Source: an uncultured Ruminococcus sp. (GTDB taxonomy: Bacteria; Bacillota; Clostridia; Oscillospirales; Ruminococcaceae). Taken from it: 64,000 bases of DNA. The notes below the pieces were generated by a model that worked only from the letters and a program-made list of their open reading frames with translations, had not been told where the DNA came from and ran no database searches. This document shows, one piece after another, positions 36,109 to 44,710 of this stretch (the stretch's first letter is position 1; the number at the start of each line of letters is the position of its first letter). Where the stretch lies: NCBI GenBank assembly GCA_964540575.1, contig CAZINI010000010.1, forward strand, positions 42 to 64,041, given 5' to 3'. The translations under genes and the position numbers were made by a program.

Positions 36109-36258
36109 ATGCTTACTGACAGAGAACTTAATATTATAGAAAAATCCTTGCAAAAAGGCAGTGATGTATTAATCAAAGTCAAAAAAGACGAGATTATAAT
36201 TATCGAAAGCAAACCGAAAATTATCGGACGTGTTGAAAAGCCGATACATACAAATTAA
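36109..36258 (+). CDS. small hypothetical protein (49 aa)
   Basis: Not in the ORF track because it is under 60 aa. Strong RBS AAGGAGG 8 nt upstream of the ATG. Confidence 0.4.
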   Translation: MLTDRELNIIEKSLQKGSDVLIKVKKDEIIIIESKPKIIGRVEKPIHTN

Positions 36259-36296
36259 TTAAGGTGTACCGAAGTGGCGGTACAGAACAGCTAATG

Positions 36297-36338
36297 GAGC
36301 TAAAAGTACAGAAATGTATTTTTAGCTCCTTATTTTTT
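36297..36338 (+). terminator. rho-independent terminator
   Basis: GGAGCTAAAA ... TTTTAGCTCC stem followed by TTATTTTTT. Confidence 0.75.
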
Positions 36339-36402
36339 AGGTATCATTCAGGCTTTAAGCTTGAGTAGATATAAATATTTATTTTATAGGAGGTTCATTT
36401 CA

Positions 36403-36798
36403 ATGAACAGAATTGAAAAAGTACAGTATGCGATCGCAGAAACAGAAGCAAAGGTAATGCTCAAGGCTATTAACGTAACAGGAAAGCTGATGAGTACAAA
36501 GGCAGGCAAGGCAATGCTTGCAGTACCTATCGCAGTTGCAGTATGCTCAGTTACGGCTGCTGCGGAGGGTGAAGGTGCAGACGCACAGGCAATGATGGAC
36601 GGAATCCTCCAAGTACTTAAACCCGGAGTTATCGGACTCGGTTCACTTGTCGCCGTTGTCGGCGGCATTCAGACAGGCGTTGGCTTCAAGGACGACAATG
36701 CCGACGGTAAGACCAGAGGTTTCCAGACTATGGTCGGTGGAGCAATTATTGCTGCAGTAGGTGGACTTGTTCCCGATTCTATCTCTATTACCGGCTGA
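36403..36798 (+). CDS. Maff2-like small membrane protein (VirB2/pilin-like candidate)
   Basis: Signal-like N-terminus, then two Gly-rich TM helices joined by a charged loop (GGIQTGVGFKDDNADGKTRGFQTMVGGAII). ATG 36403 behind TAGGAGG. Confidence 0.6.
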   Translation: MNRIEKVQYAIAETEAKVMLKAINVTGKLMSTKAGKAMLAVPIAVAVCSVTAAAEGEGADAQAMMDGILQVLKPGVIGLGSLVAVVGGIQTGVGFKDDNADGKTRGFQTMVGGAIIAAVGGLVPDSISITG

Positions 36799-36884
36799 TA
36801 TTCTTTGCCGATATTTAAAAGGACAGTCGGCATAGAACAAGCTAATTGTCGGCTGTCCGATAGCAAAATAGAAAGGGGATAATT

Positions 36885-37718
36885 ATGGCGGAACCTAGTT
36901 TTTGGAAAACAGCTTTTAACGAAGCACAGGATCTTTTACAAAAAGAAGTCGATGGATTTGCTGTTGTACTGCAAAGCATTGCAGATTTCAATGTTGTAGA
37001 TAGTGCAGATGTGGCTATTGATGTTTTTCAGGGTGCAGGCACGGCATTACTGACCTTGTTTTTTTGCATGGAGGTTTTCACATACTGTGCATCGATCGAT
37101 TTCAATGGCGGCATTGAGGGTGCTTTAAAAATTGCTATGAAACTCATTGTAAGTGCATTAATAGTGCAGAATATTGATAATATTGTTGGATTGATTTCGG
37201 GAATGATGAAGAAAACAGTTGATTTTGCCGGTGCGTTCGATAACATCGGTGCTGCGTTTGGTAAAGCGATGACTGATGGCGTCGATATTGACGGAGGTAT
37301 GTTTGAGCTTAATCTCATTGTGCTTACTGTGCTGTATGCGTTCATAATAATCATTATGTTCGTAATGTTTTCGATGATAGTTGTATCTGTTCTTGGCGTA
37401 GTAATGGAAACAGCAATTCTTACCGCTATATCTCCTGTTGCACTGTCAACGCTGGTAAACTCACAGGCACGGTCAACGGGAATTTCTTTCATCAGGAATT
37501 TTACTGCCGTATCAATGCAATGGGGCGTGCTGGCAATATGCTTCAAGGCATATACATTGCTGACAGATAAATTGGTATTGAATTTTTCGGAAGGACTTGA
37601 CGGTGCGGGATTGCTTATGCACATATTTAAATATGCTACCCCTGTACTAATGATAGTGGTGCTTACAACAACCGTATCTAAGGCAAGCGAAATCACCAAG
37701 AGAGCATTGGGAGGTTAA
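36885..37718 (+). CDS. VirB6/TrbL-like polytopic T4SS membrane protein (CD0415/CD1112-type)
   Basis: 277-aa ORF with 5-6 TM segments, in the position between the Maff2 and PrgI genes. Confidence 0.65.
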   Translation: MAEPSFWKTAFNEAQDLLQKEVDGFAVVLQSIADFNVVDSADVAIDVFQGAGTALLTLFFCMEVFTYCASIDFNGGIEGALKIAMKLIVSALIVQNIDNIVGLISGMMKKTVDFAGAFDNIGAAFGKAMTDGVDIDGGMFELNLIVLTVLYAFIIIIMFVMFSMIVVSVLGVVMETAILTAISPVALSTLVNSQARSTGISFIRNFTAVSMQWGVLAICFKAYTLLTDKLVLNFSEGLDGAGLLMHIFKYATPVLMIVVLTTTVSKASEITKRALGG

Positions 37719-37722
37719 GACG

Positions 37723-38181
37723 ATGATAAAAGCAGACGTCCCACAGGACGTTACCGATTACAAAGAGCAAATATTCTTTGGAATGACAGGCAGACAGATA
37801 GTATGTGCAGTGCTGATGATAGCACTTGCGGTTGGAACATTTCTAGTTGGCAAGGATTTTGTTACAACAGACATACTTACTTACCTTGTTGTTCTGGAGG
37901 TTGCTCCGTTGGCGGCGGTAGGGTTTTTAAAATACAATGGAATGGGCTTCGAAAAAATAATTGTAAAAGTGATTGATTTCTATTTTGGAAATCAGCACAG
38001 GAAAATATCCTATCTGCCCGAGGAAACCGAAATACTCGATACAGTAAGGGCAATCCGACTCTCAATTGAAGAAAAAGAGAGAGCAGCTGAACTTAAAGAA
38101 CTGAAAATGAATCAGAAAGCCGAGCGTAAGGAAAAGAAAAAGCAGGCAAAAGCTGAAAAACGAAAGAGATGTGAAAAATAA
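37723..38181 (+). CDS. PrgI-family (VirB3-like) protein
   Basis: VPQDVTDYKEQIFFGMTGRQIVCAVLMIALAV is the PrgI pattern. Lysine-rich tail. Confidence 0.7.
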   Translation: MIKADVPQDVTDYKEQIFFGMTGRQIVCAVLMIALAVGTFLVGKDFVTTDILTYLVVLEVAPLAAVGFLKYNGMGFEKIIVKVIDFYFGNQHRKISYLPEETEILDTVRAIRLSIEEKERAAELKELKMNQKAERKEKKKQAKAEKRKRCEK

Positions 38182-41100
38182 TGCCGGAAACAACAATTGA
38201 AGCCGTAACAACAACGGCGGTATCAGAGGGAACAACAGCCCGAAATTCAACCACTGAGGTATCCGAAGAAACAACGGTCAGAACCGAAACAAGTGAAGCA
38301 GCGACAGAAATAAGCTTTTCTGAAACGGTGTCAGTACCCGAAAGCAGTGAGATAACAACCGAAAGCATAGAAACAGATGAAACAACTATCGAAACGTCAA
38401 CCGCAGCTTATTCCGAAAGTGCGATGACAAGCGAGGACGTTAATGAAAATGCAACCGAACCAACAGAGAACACTGAGTATATATCATCTTTACCTCCCGA
38501 AACTGCACTTACTTCGGTTTCTGTAACCACAGTTTCCTCAGAGGAGATAATATCATCCGAACAGGTTGTTACAACCTCGGAAGTCGGGAGTGTCCCTGTT
38601 CCGGCTTATACAATGGATCCTCAGCAGATAGTTTTGCCTGCATTGCTTGTCGGGCTTGGCTGTACGGCACTTGCTATGAGCAAACATAACAAAAAGAGCA
38701 AGGGCAACAAGAATACGTCCGAAAATGCAAGAGAAAAAGATGCCATAAGACTTGCTGAAAAAAACAACAGCAAGAAGCAGAAAAAAGAAAAGAAAGAAAA
38801 GCAGGAGAAAACAAATCTTTCCAAAAAGGTGCTTGACACCATTCCGTATAAGAAGATACTTGCGGATAATATATGGTTTCTCGGCAAGAAAATGTATTCA
38901 AAGGCTTACACCTTTGATGACATTAACTTCAATCTTTCAGATGAAGAACAGCAGTATATGTATCTGGAACGTTACATTGAGTTTATGAATGTCCTTGATG
39001 ATACCGTTGACTGTCAGATCTGCCTTTGGAACAGCAAGATAAATATGGAGGAGTTCAGACGCAGAACGCTTATGCCGCAGCAATCGGACGATTTCTTTAA
39101 TCTCCGCTTTGAGTACAATACAAGAGTGCTTGAGGAGAATATAAAGAAAGGTCAGAACGCCATTCAGAAGCATATGTATATAACGCTGACGATAAAAGCT
39201 CCCGATGAGGAAACAGCGGCAAGAAAGTTCAAGTCGCTGGATATTGCTGCTATAAATTCATTCAACCGTATCGGCAACACAAATATGCGGGAGCTTACAT
39301 CGCAGGAACGTGTTGAAATGCTCAAGGATTTCTTCATCGGAACAGATGAACGCCCCGTGCCTGTTCTTACGTCCGAGGATTATTCCAAGGGCAGAGAAAA
39401 GCTCTATTGTGCTCCCGATTATTTCGATTTCAAAAAAGATTACTTCATGTATAACAATACTTACGCAAAGACTATTTTTATCCGGGAATATCCTGCAACA
39501 GCAACATCGGAAATATTTACGGAGCTGCTTGCAACGGGCATTGAAATAATGATTACCACCAATATCGAAGCATACGATACTGCTGCTGCAAGGAAGTTAG
39601 TACAGCACCAAATCACGGCGATCGACACCGATATGGCAAAGCGTGAGGTAGCCGCCGCACAACACGGAAATTTCAGCTCGCAGATGCCACAGCGTATCAA
39701 AAACCAGCGTGACAGTATGGTATCGGTATTCGACAAGATCACTACCAAAGACCAGAAACTATTCCTTACAAACATTCAGATCCTTATCAAGGCAAAGTCT
39801 TATGAGGAGCTGATGAACAATACGGAGGTTATCGAAAGCACATTGAAGCGTTCGGGCTGTGTAAAGGGTGAAATGGCTTGGGAACAGGAGGACGGAATGT
39901 GTGACTGTCTGCCTATCGGTTATCAGCGTAAATTCGGCTGGCAGAGAACAATGCCGTCCGAGTCGGTTGCAATTTTTATGCCGTTCAACGTTAAGGAAAT
40001 GCAGATGAAAAATGCGGTGTATTACGGTCTGAATGTATTGTCACATAACATTATAACCTTTGACCGTATGACAGGACTTATCAATCCTTCGGGATTTGTC
40101 CTTGCCTGCCCCGGTTCGGGAAAGTCATTCCTTGTTAAAAGAGAAATCGTTGATGTGTTCCTAAGAAATCCCAATGCGGATATTCTTATTATCGACCCCG
40201 AGCGGGAATATTGGAAGCTTGCGGAAGCCTTTAACGGTTCGGTAGTAAGGTTTTCCAATGGTTCAAAATCATATATCAATCCCTTTGATTTTGACCTTGC
40301 ATTACTTAACGAAAAAAGCGATGATGACGATGAGGAAGAGATAGACGTTATTGCCGACAAGTGCCAGCTCATTACTTCGTTTATCAGCTGTATGGATACG
40401 AAGCACCCGTTGAACGTTCAGGAAAAAGCCTTTGTTGACCGCTGTGTAAGTAAGGCATACATAAAATCTGGGGTACTTGATACTCTTGATCCAAAAGATA
40501 TGCCAACACTTGGAACCTTCCTCGAATGTATGAAAGAGGAAACGGAAAACGTAAACAAGGAAATGAAGGATAAGCTCATAATGACCATTGATATGTATGT
40601 AACCGGTTCGGCAAAGTATTTCAATAATCAGACCAATATCGACACCGACAACCGTTTCATTTCATACGATATTCGTGATCTTAACGGACAGCTGAAAACA
40701 CAGTCAATGCTGCTTATCCTCGATTATATCTGGAACAGGCTGTCCCGCAACAGAGATTTGGGACGTGCAACATATGTCTACATCGATGAAGCTCATTTGT
40801 TGTTTGCAGATGAATATGCTCTTGATTATCTTCGTATGCTTTGGAAACGAGCAAGAAAGTATGGCGGCGTTCTTACGGGAATTACACAGAATGTTGAGGA
40901 CTTGCTGAAAGATGATAAATCCCGTTCGATGCTGTCCAACTCGGAATATCTTGCCTTGCTTAAGCAAAATCCCACAGACGCAGCAAAGCTTCAGGACATT
41001 CTGCATTTCACAGACAGCGAGATACAGTATGTGAACGATACACCTCCCGGACACGGTATTCTTGTTCTCGGCGGCAAGGATAAAATTCCTTTCTATGACG

Positions 41101-41186
41101 AGTTCCCCAAGGATACCAAGTTGTATAGTATGATGACCACTAATTTCAGCGAAACTGCAAAAATGCTTGAAAACAAGCAGGAATAA
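38181..41186 (+). CDS. virB4: VirB4-family conjugal transfer ATPase with an about 200-aa Thr/Ser/Glu-rich + TM N-terminal extension
   Basis: Walker A (LACPGSGKSFLVKRE), Walker B (TYVYIDEAHLLF), and a CD1110-type N-terminal core starting near KKVLDTIPYKKIL. TAATG start overlap with the prgI-like gene. Confidence 0.9.
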   Translation: MPETTIEAVTTTAVSEGTTARNSTTEVSEETTVRTETSEAATEISFSETVSVPESSEITTESIETDETTIETSTAAYSESAMTSEDVNENATEPTENTEYISSLPPETALTSVSVTTVSSEEIISSEQVVTTSEVGSVPVPAYTMDPQQIVLPALLVGLGCTALAMSKHNKKSKGNKNTSENAREKDAIRLAEKNNSKKQKKEKKEKQEKTNLSKKVLDTIPYKKILADNIWFLGKKMYSKAYTFDDINFNLSDEEQQYMYLERYIEFMNVLDDTVDCQICLWNSKINMEEFRRRTLMPQQSDDFFNLRFEYNTRVLEENIKKGQNAIQKHMYITLTIKAPDEETAARKFKSLDIAAINSFNRIGNTNMRELTSQERVEMLKDFFIGTDERPVPVLTSEDYSKGREKLYCAPDYFDFKKDYFMYNNTYAKTIFIREYPATATSEIFTELLATGIEIMITTNIEAYDTAAARKLVQHQITAIDTDMAKREVAAAQHGNFSSQMPQRIKNQRDSMVSVFDKITTKDQKLFLTNIQILIKAKSYEELMNNTEVIESTLKRSGCVKGEMAWEQEDGMCDCLPIGYQRKFGWQRTMPSESVAIFMPFNVKEMQMKNAVYYGLNVLSHNIITFDRMTGLINPSGFVLACPGSGKSFLVKREIVDVFLRNPNADILIIDPEREYWKLAEAFNGSVVRFSNGSKSYINPFDFDLALLNEKSDDDDEEEIDVIADKCQLITSFISCMDTKHPLNVQEKAFVDRCVSKAYIKSGVLDTLDPKDMPTLGTFLECMKEETENVNKEMKDKLIMTIDMYVTGSAKYFNNQTNIDTDNRFISYDIRDLNGQLKTQSMLLILDYIWNRLSRNRDLGRATYVYIDEAHLLFADEYALDYLRMLWKRARKYGGVLTGITQNVEDLLKDDKSRSMLSNSEYLALLKQNPTDAAKLQDILHFTDSEIQYVNDTPPGHGILVLGGKDKIPFYDEFPKDTKLYSMMTTNFSETAKMLENKQE

Positions 41187-41207
41187 AAAGCAAAGGAGCA
41201 CATATCT

Positions 41208-43742
41208 ATGGCTCATCCTGATAAGAAGAAATATGTTTTGCAAACCGACAGAGCGGCTTACACTCAGAAAAAATATACCGTTAAGCGGACAAAAACACAA
41301 AATTCCCCACCGGGGAATTTTACGAAAGGCACGATAGGCGGAGATATTCCCAAAGGGCAGGGCGATACGAAAAAAAGCGGTACATTACTTAAGAAGATAT
41401 TTAAGGAAAACAGCGATAAGAAAGAAGCTTCGGAACAGACTCAGCATAAAAAAGCCGCATATATCCAAGATAATATTCAGAATGATGCGGCTGCTTCATA
41501 TGCGGAGCAGTATAGTGATACCGCTTTGGAAGAGTCTGTTTCACCGAAAGAAGAGCAGGATCTCTCCACGGGAAAGACGGAAGAAAAGCCGATACATAAT
41601 GCAAAATCGGACAGCATTGTTCCCAATAAAAATGACATATCCTCCGATAAAGCGGAGCAGATGAAAAGGGCGGCATTTATCAAAGCAAAGCTGCAAAAGA
41701 ACATTGCAGCAGCACAGATGAAAAGCACATATTACGAACAAAACGAAGAAGCTTGCGACAGGGTACATTCAGCTTCAAAGAGTAAGGACAATACTCCTTC
41801 ATATGTTGCGTCAAAAATGGAGGGCGTAACAAATGAGAATGCAGCTTCCACCGAAAGACGTTATCTCGGAAACAGCGAAAGCATTTCCGAAAACAAGCAT
41901 AAAAACAGCCTTGATAATGCCGAGGTAAAAAAAGCATATAAGACAAAAATACTCGGAGAACAGCTGAACAGGCGGAGAGCCGCTGCGGATATGTACAGTC
42001 AGGCTAAGACCAATGCTGCCCTTATTTCAGCCGAAAAGGCAAAAGCAGCTGCAATGAAAAATGCGGAAGCAGATGCCAATGTGAGAGATAATGTTATTCC
42101 CGGTGTTGAAAAGGCGGCAGAATATATGTCTGCTGCCAAAGACGGTGATACAGCTAAAATCTTGTCCAAGTCTGCAAAGGATATTCTTAGAAAGCATTTG
42201 AGTGATGGTACAAACCAATTTCTTGATAAAGCCGGTATAGTATCGGGTGCAGTAAAAGAAAGCGATTCTGTCGGCGGAGCAGTGGCAAATGTAGGTGTTT
42301 CGCTGGCAGCAAACGCTATAAAGCAATCTGTAAGCTCTGCATTGAAAAAACCGCTTACAGATAAAAAAATAGAGGAACGGCTTGAAAAAAAGTTCCACTA
42401 TATAGACCGCAAAACCGATAAGCAAATGAGTCGCATCCAAGCTGAAAAACGTGAAGCTATGAACGGGAATATCAGCAAAAGCCTTGAAAAGAAGCTTGAC
42501 AAGATAGAGCGTAATCAAGAAAGATACAAGGAGAAACTCGCAAAACAGCAACAAGAATTACAGCGTAGGCAGCAGAAAAACATTTACATAAAGCACAACA
42601 GAAAAAATCCTGTTTTTGTCGGTGGGAGAGAAAAAGGCGGGACTTTAAGAAAGCTTGTAGGTAAAAAGAGCAGCCTATTGCTTATGGGAGGGGTTGCACC
42701 GATAATAATCATTATTGTGGTCATTGTATTGTTTTTGGCAGTGATTGGATCTGTGTTTGCTCCGATTGGATGGCTAAAAGGATTTCATCATTCCGATGAT
42801 GCACTTAATGACAGCGAAGAACACGAAGTAATGTGCGTTGAATATATGAAATTCAAAAAGCTTGTTACCGATAAAATCAGGGAAATAAACACAGAGATAA
42901 CCTTAGCCTGCGAAAAGGAAATGCAGTTTTATGAAAGTTCCAACGGAAGTGTTAGTGTTACAGCCAGCCCGTTTATTGTTGCGACCGAAAAATTCTGGGA
43001 ATATGATGATGATGATCGCAAACATATAACCGGAGCGTACATTCCATACAAAGGTTCGCATCCAAGCGAATGGAGCAGGAGTGCATATGAAACAATTGAA
43101 TATACAGACGTGAATGGTAACGAAAGAATTATTCCTCTTAAGCTTGCGATCGATGATTTTGATTTTGCCGAATTTTGTGTAAATTTCCAAGTGTGGTCGA
43201 TAAAATCAAAGTATCCCGATGACGATGTGCAGAACCATTCGGGTGAAATTTTCACCTTGAAAGTCGGCAAAATGACAGAGTTTTTCAACCGCACTATAGT
43301 ATGGAATAAGGGTATGTATCCCTTGTATACATATGCAAGAGATATTACGGCAGATGACTATAAAGGTGATGATGAAGCGGCTGAAAATGCTGTTATTGAT
43401 ACATTTAGGGACGTCGGTTATCACGCTTTAACACTCAACTGCCGCTGCATGAATTATCATTACGATAATTGCAAAGGTCATCAGGTCAAATTTTATAATC
43501 TCAATGTAGTACCGTTCGAGGATATATTGGAGGAGGACGGGCTTGAATTGAGCGAAAATGACAGGAAGTTTATAGAGGAGCTTACAAAATCAATGCAAAT
43601 ACTTGACAGTGAGATAGTTCCCGAAGTTATGGCAACCTATACGGGGACGTACTTCGATGAGCCTGAAGAAACGGAGGAGTCGGAAGAGTCGGAAACAACG
43701 GTTAGTTCAGCGGATACAGAGCCAACAGAAACAGGAGGATAA
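41208..43742 (+). CDS. large membrane-anchored T4SS-associated protein (CD1108-like position; no hydrolase motif seen)
   Basis: 844-aa ORF. K/A-rich low-complexity N-terminal half, one TM (VAPIIIIIVVIVLFLAVIGSVF), Cys-containing C-terminal domain, acidic tail. Contains palindrome P8 in frame. Confidence 0.5.
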   Translation: MAHPDKKKYVLQTDRAAYTQKKYTVKRTKTQNSPPGNFTKGTIGGDIPKGQGDTKKSGTLLKKIFKENSDKKEASEQTQHKKAAYIQDNIQNDAAASYAEQYSDTALEESVSPKEEQDLSTGKTEEKPIHNAKSDSIVPNKNDISSDKAEQMKRAAFIKAKLQKNIAAAQMKSTYYEQNEEACDRVHSASKSKDNTPSYVASKMEGVTNENAASTERRYLGNSESISENKHKNSLDNAEVKKAYKTKILGEQLNRRRAAADMYSQAKTNAALISAEKAKAAAMKNAEADANVRDNVIPGVEKAAEYMSAAKDGDTAKILSKSAKDILRKHLSDGTNQFLDKAGIVSGAVKESDSVGGAVANVGVSLAANAIKQSVSSALKKPLTDKKIEERLEKKFHYIDRKTDKQMSRIQAEKREAMNGNISKSLEKKLDKIERNQERYKEKLAKQQQELQRRQQKNIYIKHNRKNPVFVGGREKGGTLRKLVGKKSSLLLMGGVAPIIIIIVVIVLFLAVIGSVFAPIGWLKGFHHSDDALNDSEEHEVMCVEYMKFKKLVTDKIREINTEITLACEKEMQFYESSNGSVSVTASPFIVATEKFWEYDDDDRKHITGAYIPYKGSHPSEWSRSAYETIEYTDVNGNERIIPLKLAIDDFDFAEFCVNFQVWSIKSKYPDDDVQNHSGEIFTLKVGKMTEFFNRTIVWNKGMYPLYTYARDITADDYKGDDEAAENAVIDTFRDVGYHALTLNCRCMNYHYDNCKGHQVKFYNLNVVPFEDILEEDGLELSENDRKFIEELTKSMQILDSEIVPEVMATYTGTYFDEPEETEESEESETTVSSADTEPTETGG
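41301..41319. repeat. palindrome copy P8 (AATTCCCC-ACC-GGGGAATT)
   Basis: Read directly. Translated as NSPPGN at residues about 32-37 of ORF 41208-43742. Confidence 0.95.
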
Positions 43743-43746
43743 TATT

Positions 43747-44055
43747 ATGAACCTGATAAAAAAATGGATAACGGATAATAAAAACGAGTATTGGTGTAAG
43801 TATGTTGTGATAGCAGCAGTGCTGATAGTGTTTGCGTTTGCAATCAATCAGTATAACAAATATAAGGACAAGCCCGATGAAGCTGCCGCTGCGGAAACGT
43901 CTGAGGAAACTGTCATCAGCGAGGACGAAGCTCCAAGCCCTGTTGTGGAATTCCTTAAAGATAACAAGGCACATTTCATCGCATTTTCGGCACTTGCTGT
44001 CGGGCTTGCCGTTGTTGAACATAAGAAGAAACGAAGTATCAAGGAAAGCAGATAA
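43747..44055 (+). CDS. small two-TM membrane protein
   Basis: 102-aa ORF behind AGGAGGA. Confidence 0.5.
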   Translation: MNLIKKWITDNKNEYWCKYVVIAAVLIVFAFAINQYNKYKDKPDEAAAAETSEETVISEDEAPSPVVEFLKDNKAHFIAFSALAVGLAVVEHKKKRSIKESR

Positions 44056-44057
44056 AG

Positions 44058-44318
44058 TCAATCGTAGTGATAACGGCAGGAAACGATACATATTTCATCG
44101 TTCTCAATCTTATAAACAAGACGGTTGACCTCATCAATGCGTCTGCTCCATAAGCCTTGAAGGTTATGTTTCAAAGCTTCAGGTTTTCCAATGCCATCAA
44201 AGGGATCACGGTCAATATCTTTAATAAGAGCGTTGATGCGTTTGACAGTTTTCTTGTCCTGATTATGCCAATACATATAATCGTCCCAAGCTTCATCGGT
44301 AAAGACTTTATTCATCAT
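44058..44318 (-). CDS. yoeB: YoeB/Txe-family type II toxin
   Basis: FTDEAWDDYMYWHNQDKKTVKRINALIKDIDRDPFDGIGKPEALKHNLQGLWSRRIDEVNRLVY...CRYHY is a near-textbook YoeB. Confidence 0.85.
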   Translation of the reverse strand: MMNKVFTDEAWDDYMYWHNQDKKTVKRINALIKDIDRDPFDGIGKPEALKHNLQGLWSRRIDEVNRLVYKIENDEICIVSCRYHYD

Positions 44319-44604
44319 CGTCCTCCTCAATAAGATCGTGGACTTTTGCCTGACCAGAACGGAGCTGTGCGATGGAACGTTCAAGGTGTGCGAGGTTTGA
44401 TTTGCTGTAAAAATAATCATCGGAAGAACTTTCGTAGGAATTGTGTAGTGATACCGAAAAGGGAAGTCCTTCGCACATAAGTGACTGCTTTATAAACATT
44501 GTAAAAGCAGTAGTCATATTAAGACCGAGTGAATTGAAAAGCTGTTCAGCTCTGCGTTTATCATCTGAGTCAAGACGCATTGTAACACTTGTAGTTTCTG
44601 ACAT
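44308..44604 (-). CDS. type II antitoxin with a RelB/DinJ-like RHH N-terminus
   Basis: VTMRLDSDDKRRAEQLFNSLGLNMTTAFTMFIKQSLMCEGLPF is a DinJ/RelB-like RHH. Acidic C-terminus. 11-nt overlap with the toxin start. Confidence 0.7.
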   Translation of the reverse strand: MSETTSVTMRLDSDDKRRAEQLFNSLGLNMTTAFTMFIKQSLMCEGLPFSVSLHNSYESSSDDYFYSKSNLAHLERSIAQLRSGQAKVHDLIEEDDDE

Positions 44605-44710
44605 AAAATCATCTCCAATCAAAAATAAGAAGAATTTGCTTATATATACATTGTACATTAAAATGCTTGCGTTGTCAATACTTTGCAAGCTAATAAGAGA
44701 GGAAAATTTT

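Noticed and set aside
43241-43256. Near-palindrome GGTGAAATTTTCACC in ORF 41208-43742
   Set aside because: It is not perfectly symmetric, occurs once, and lies inside coding sequence with no recurring pattern.
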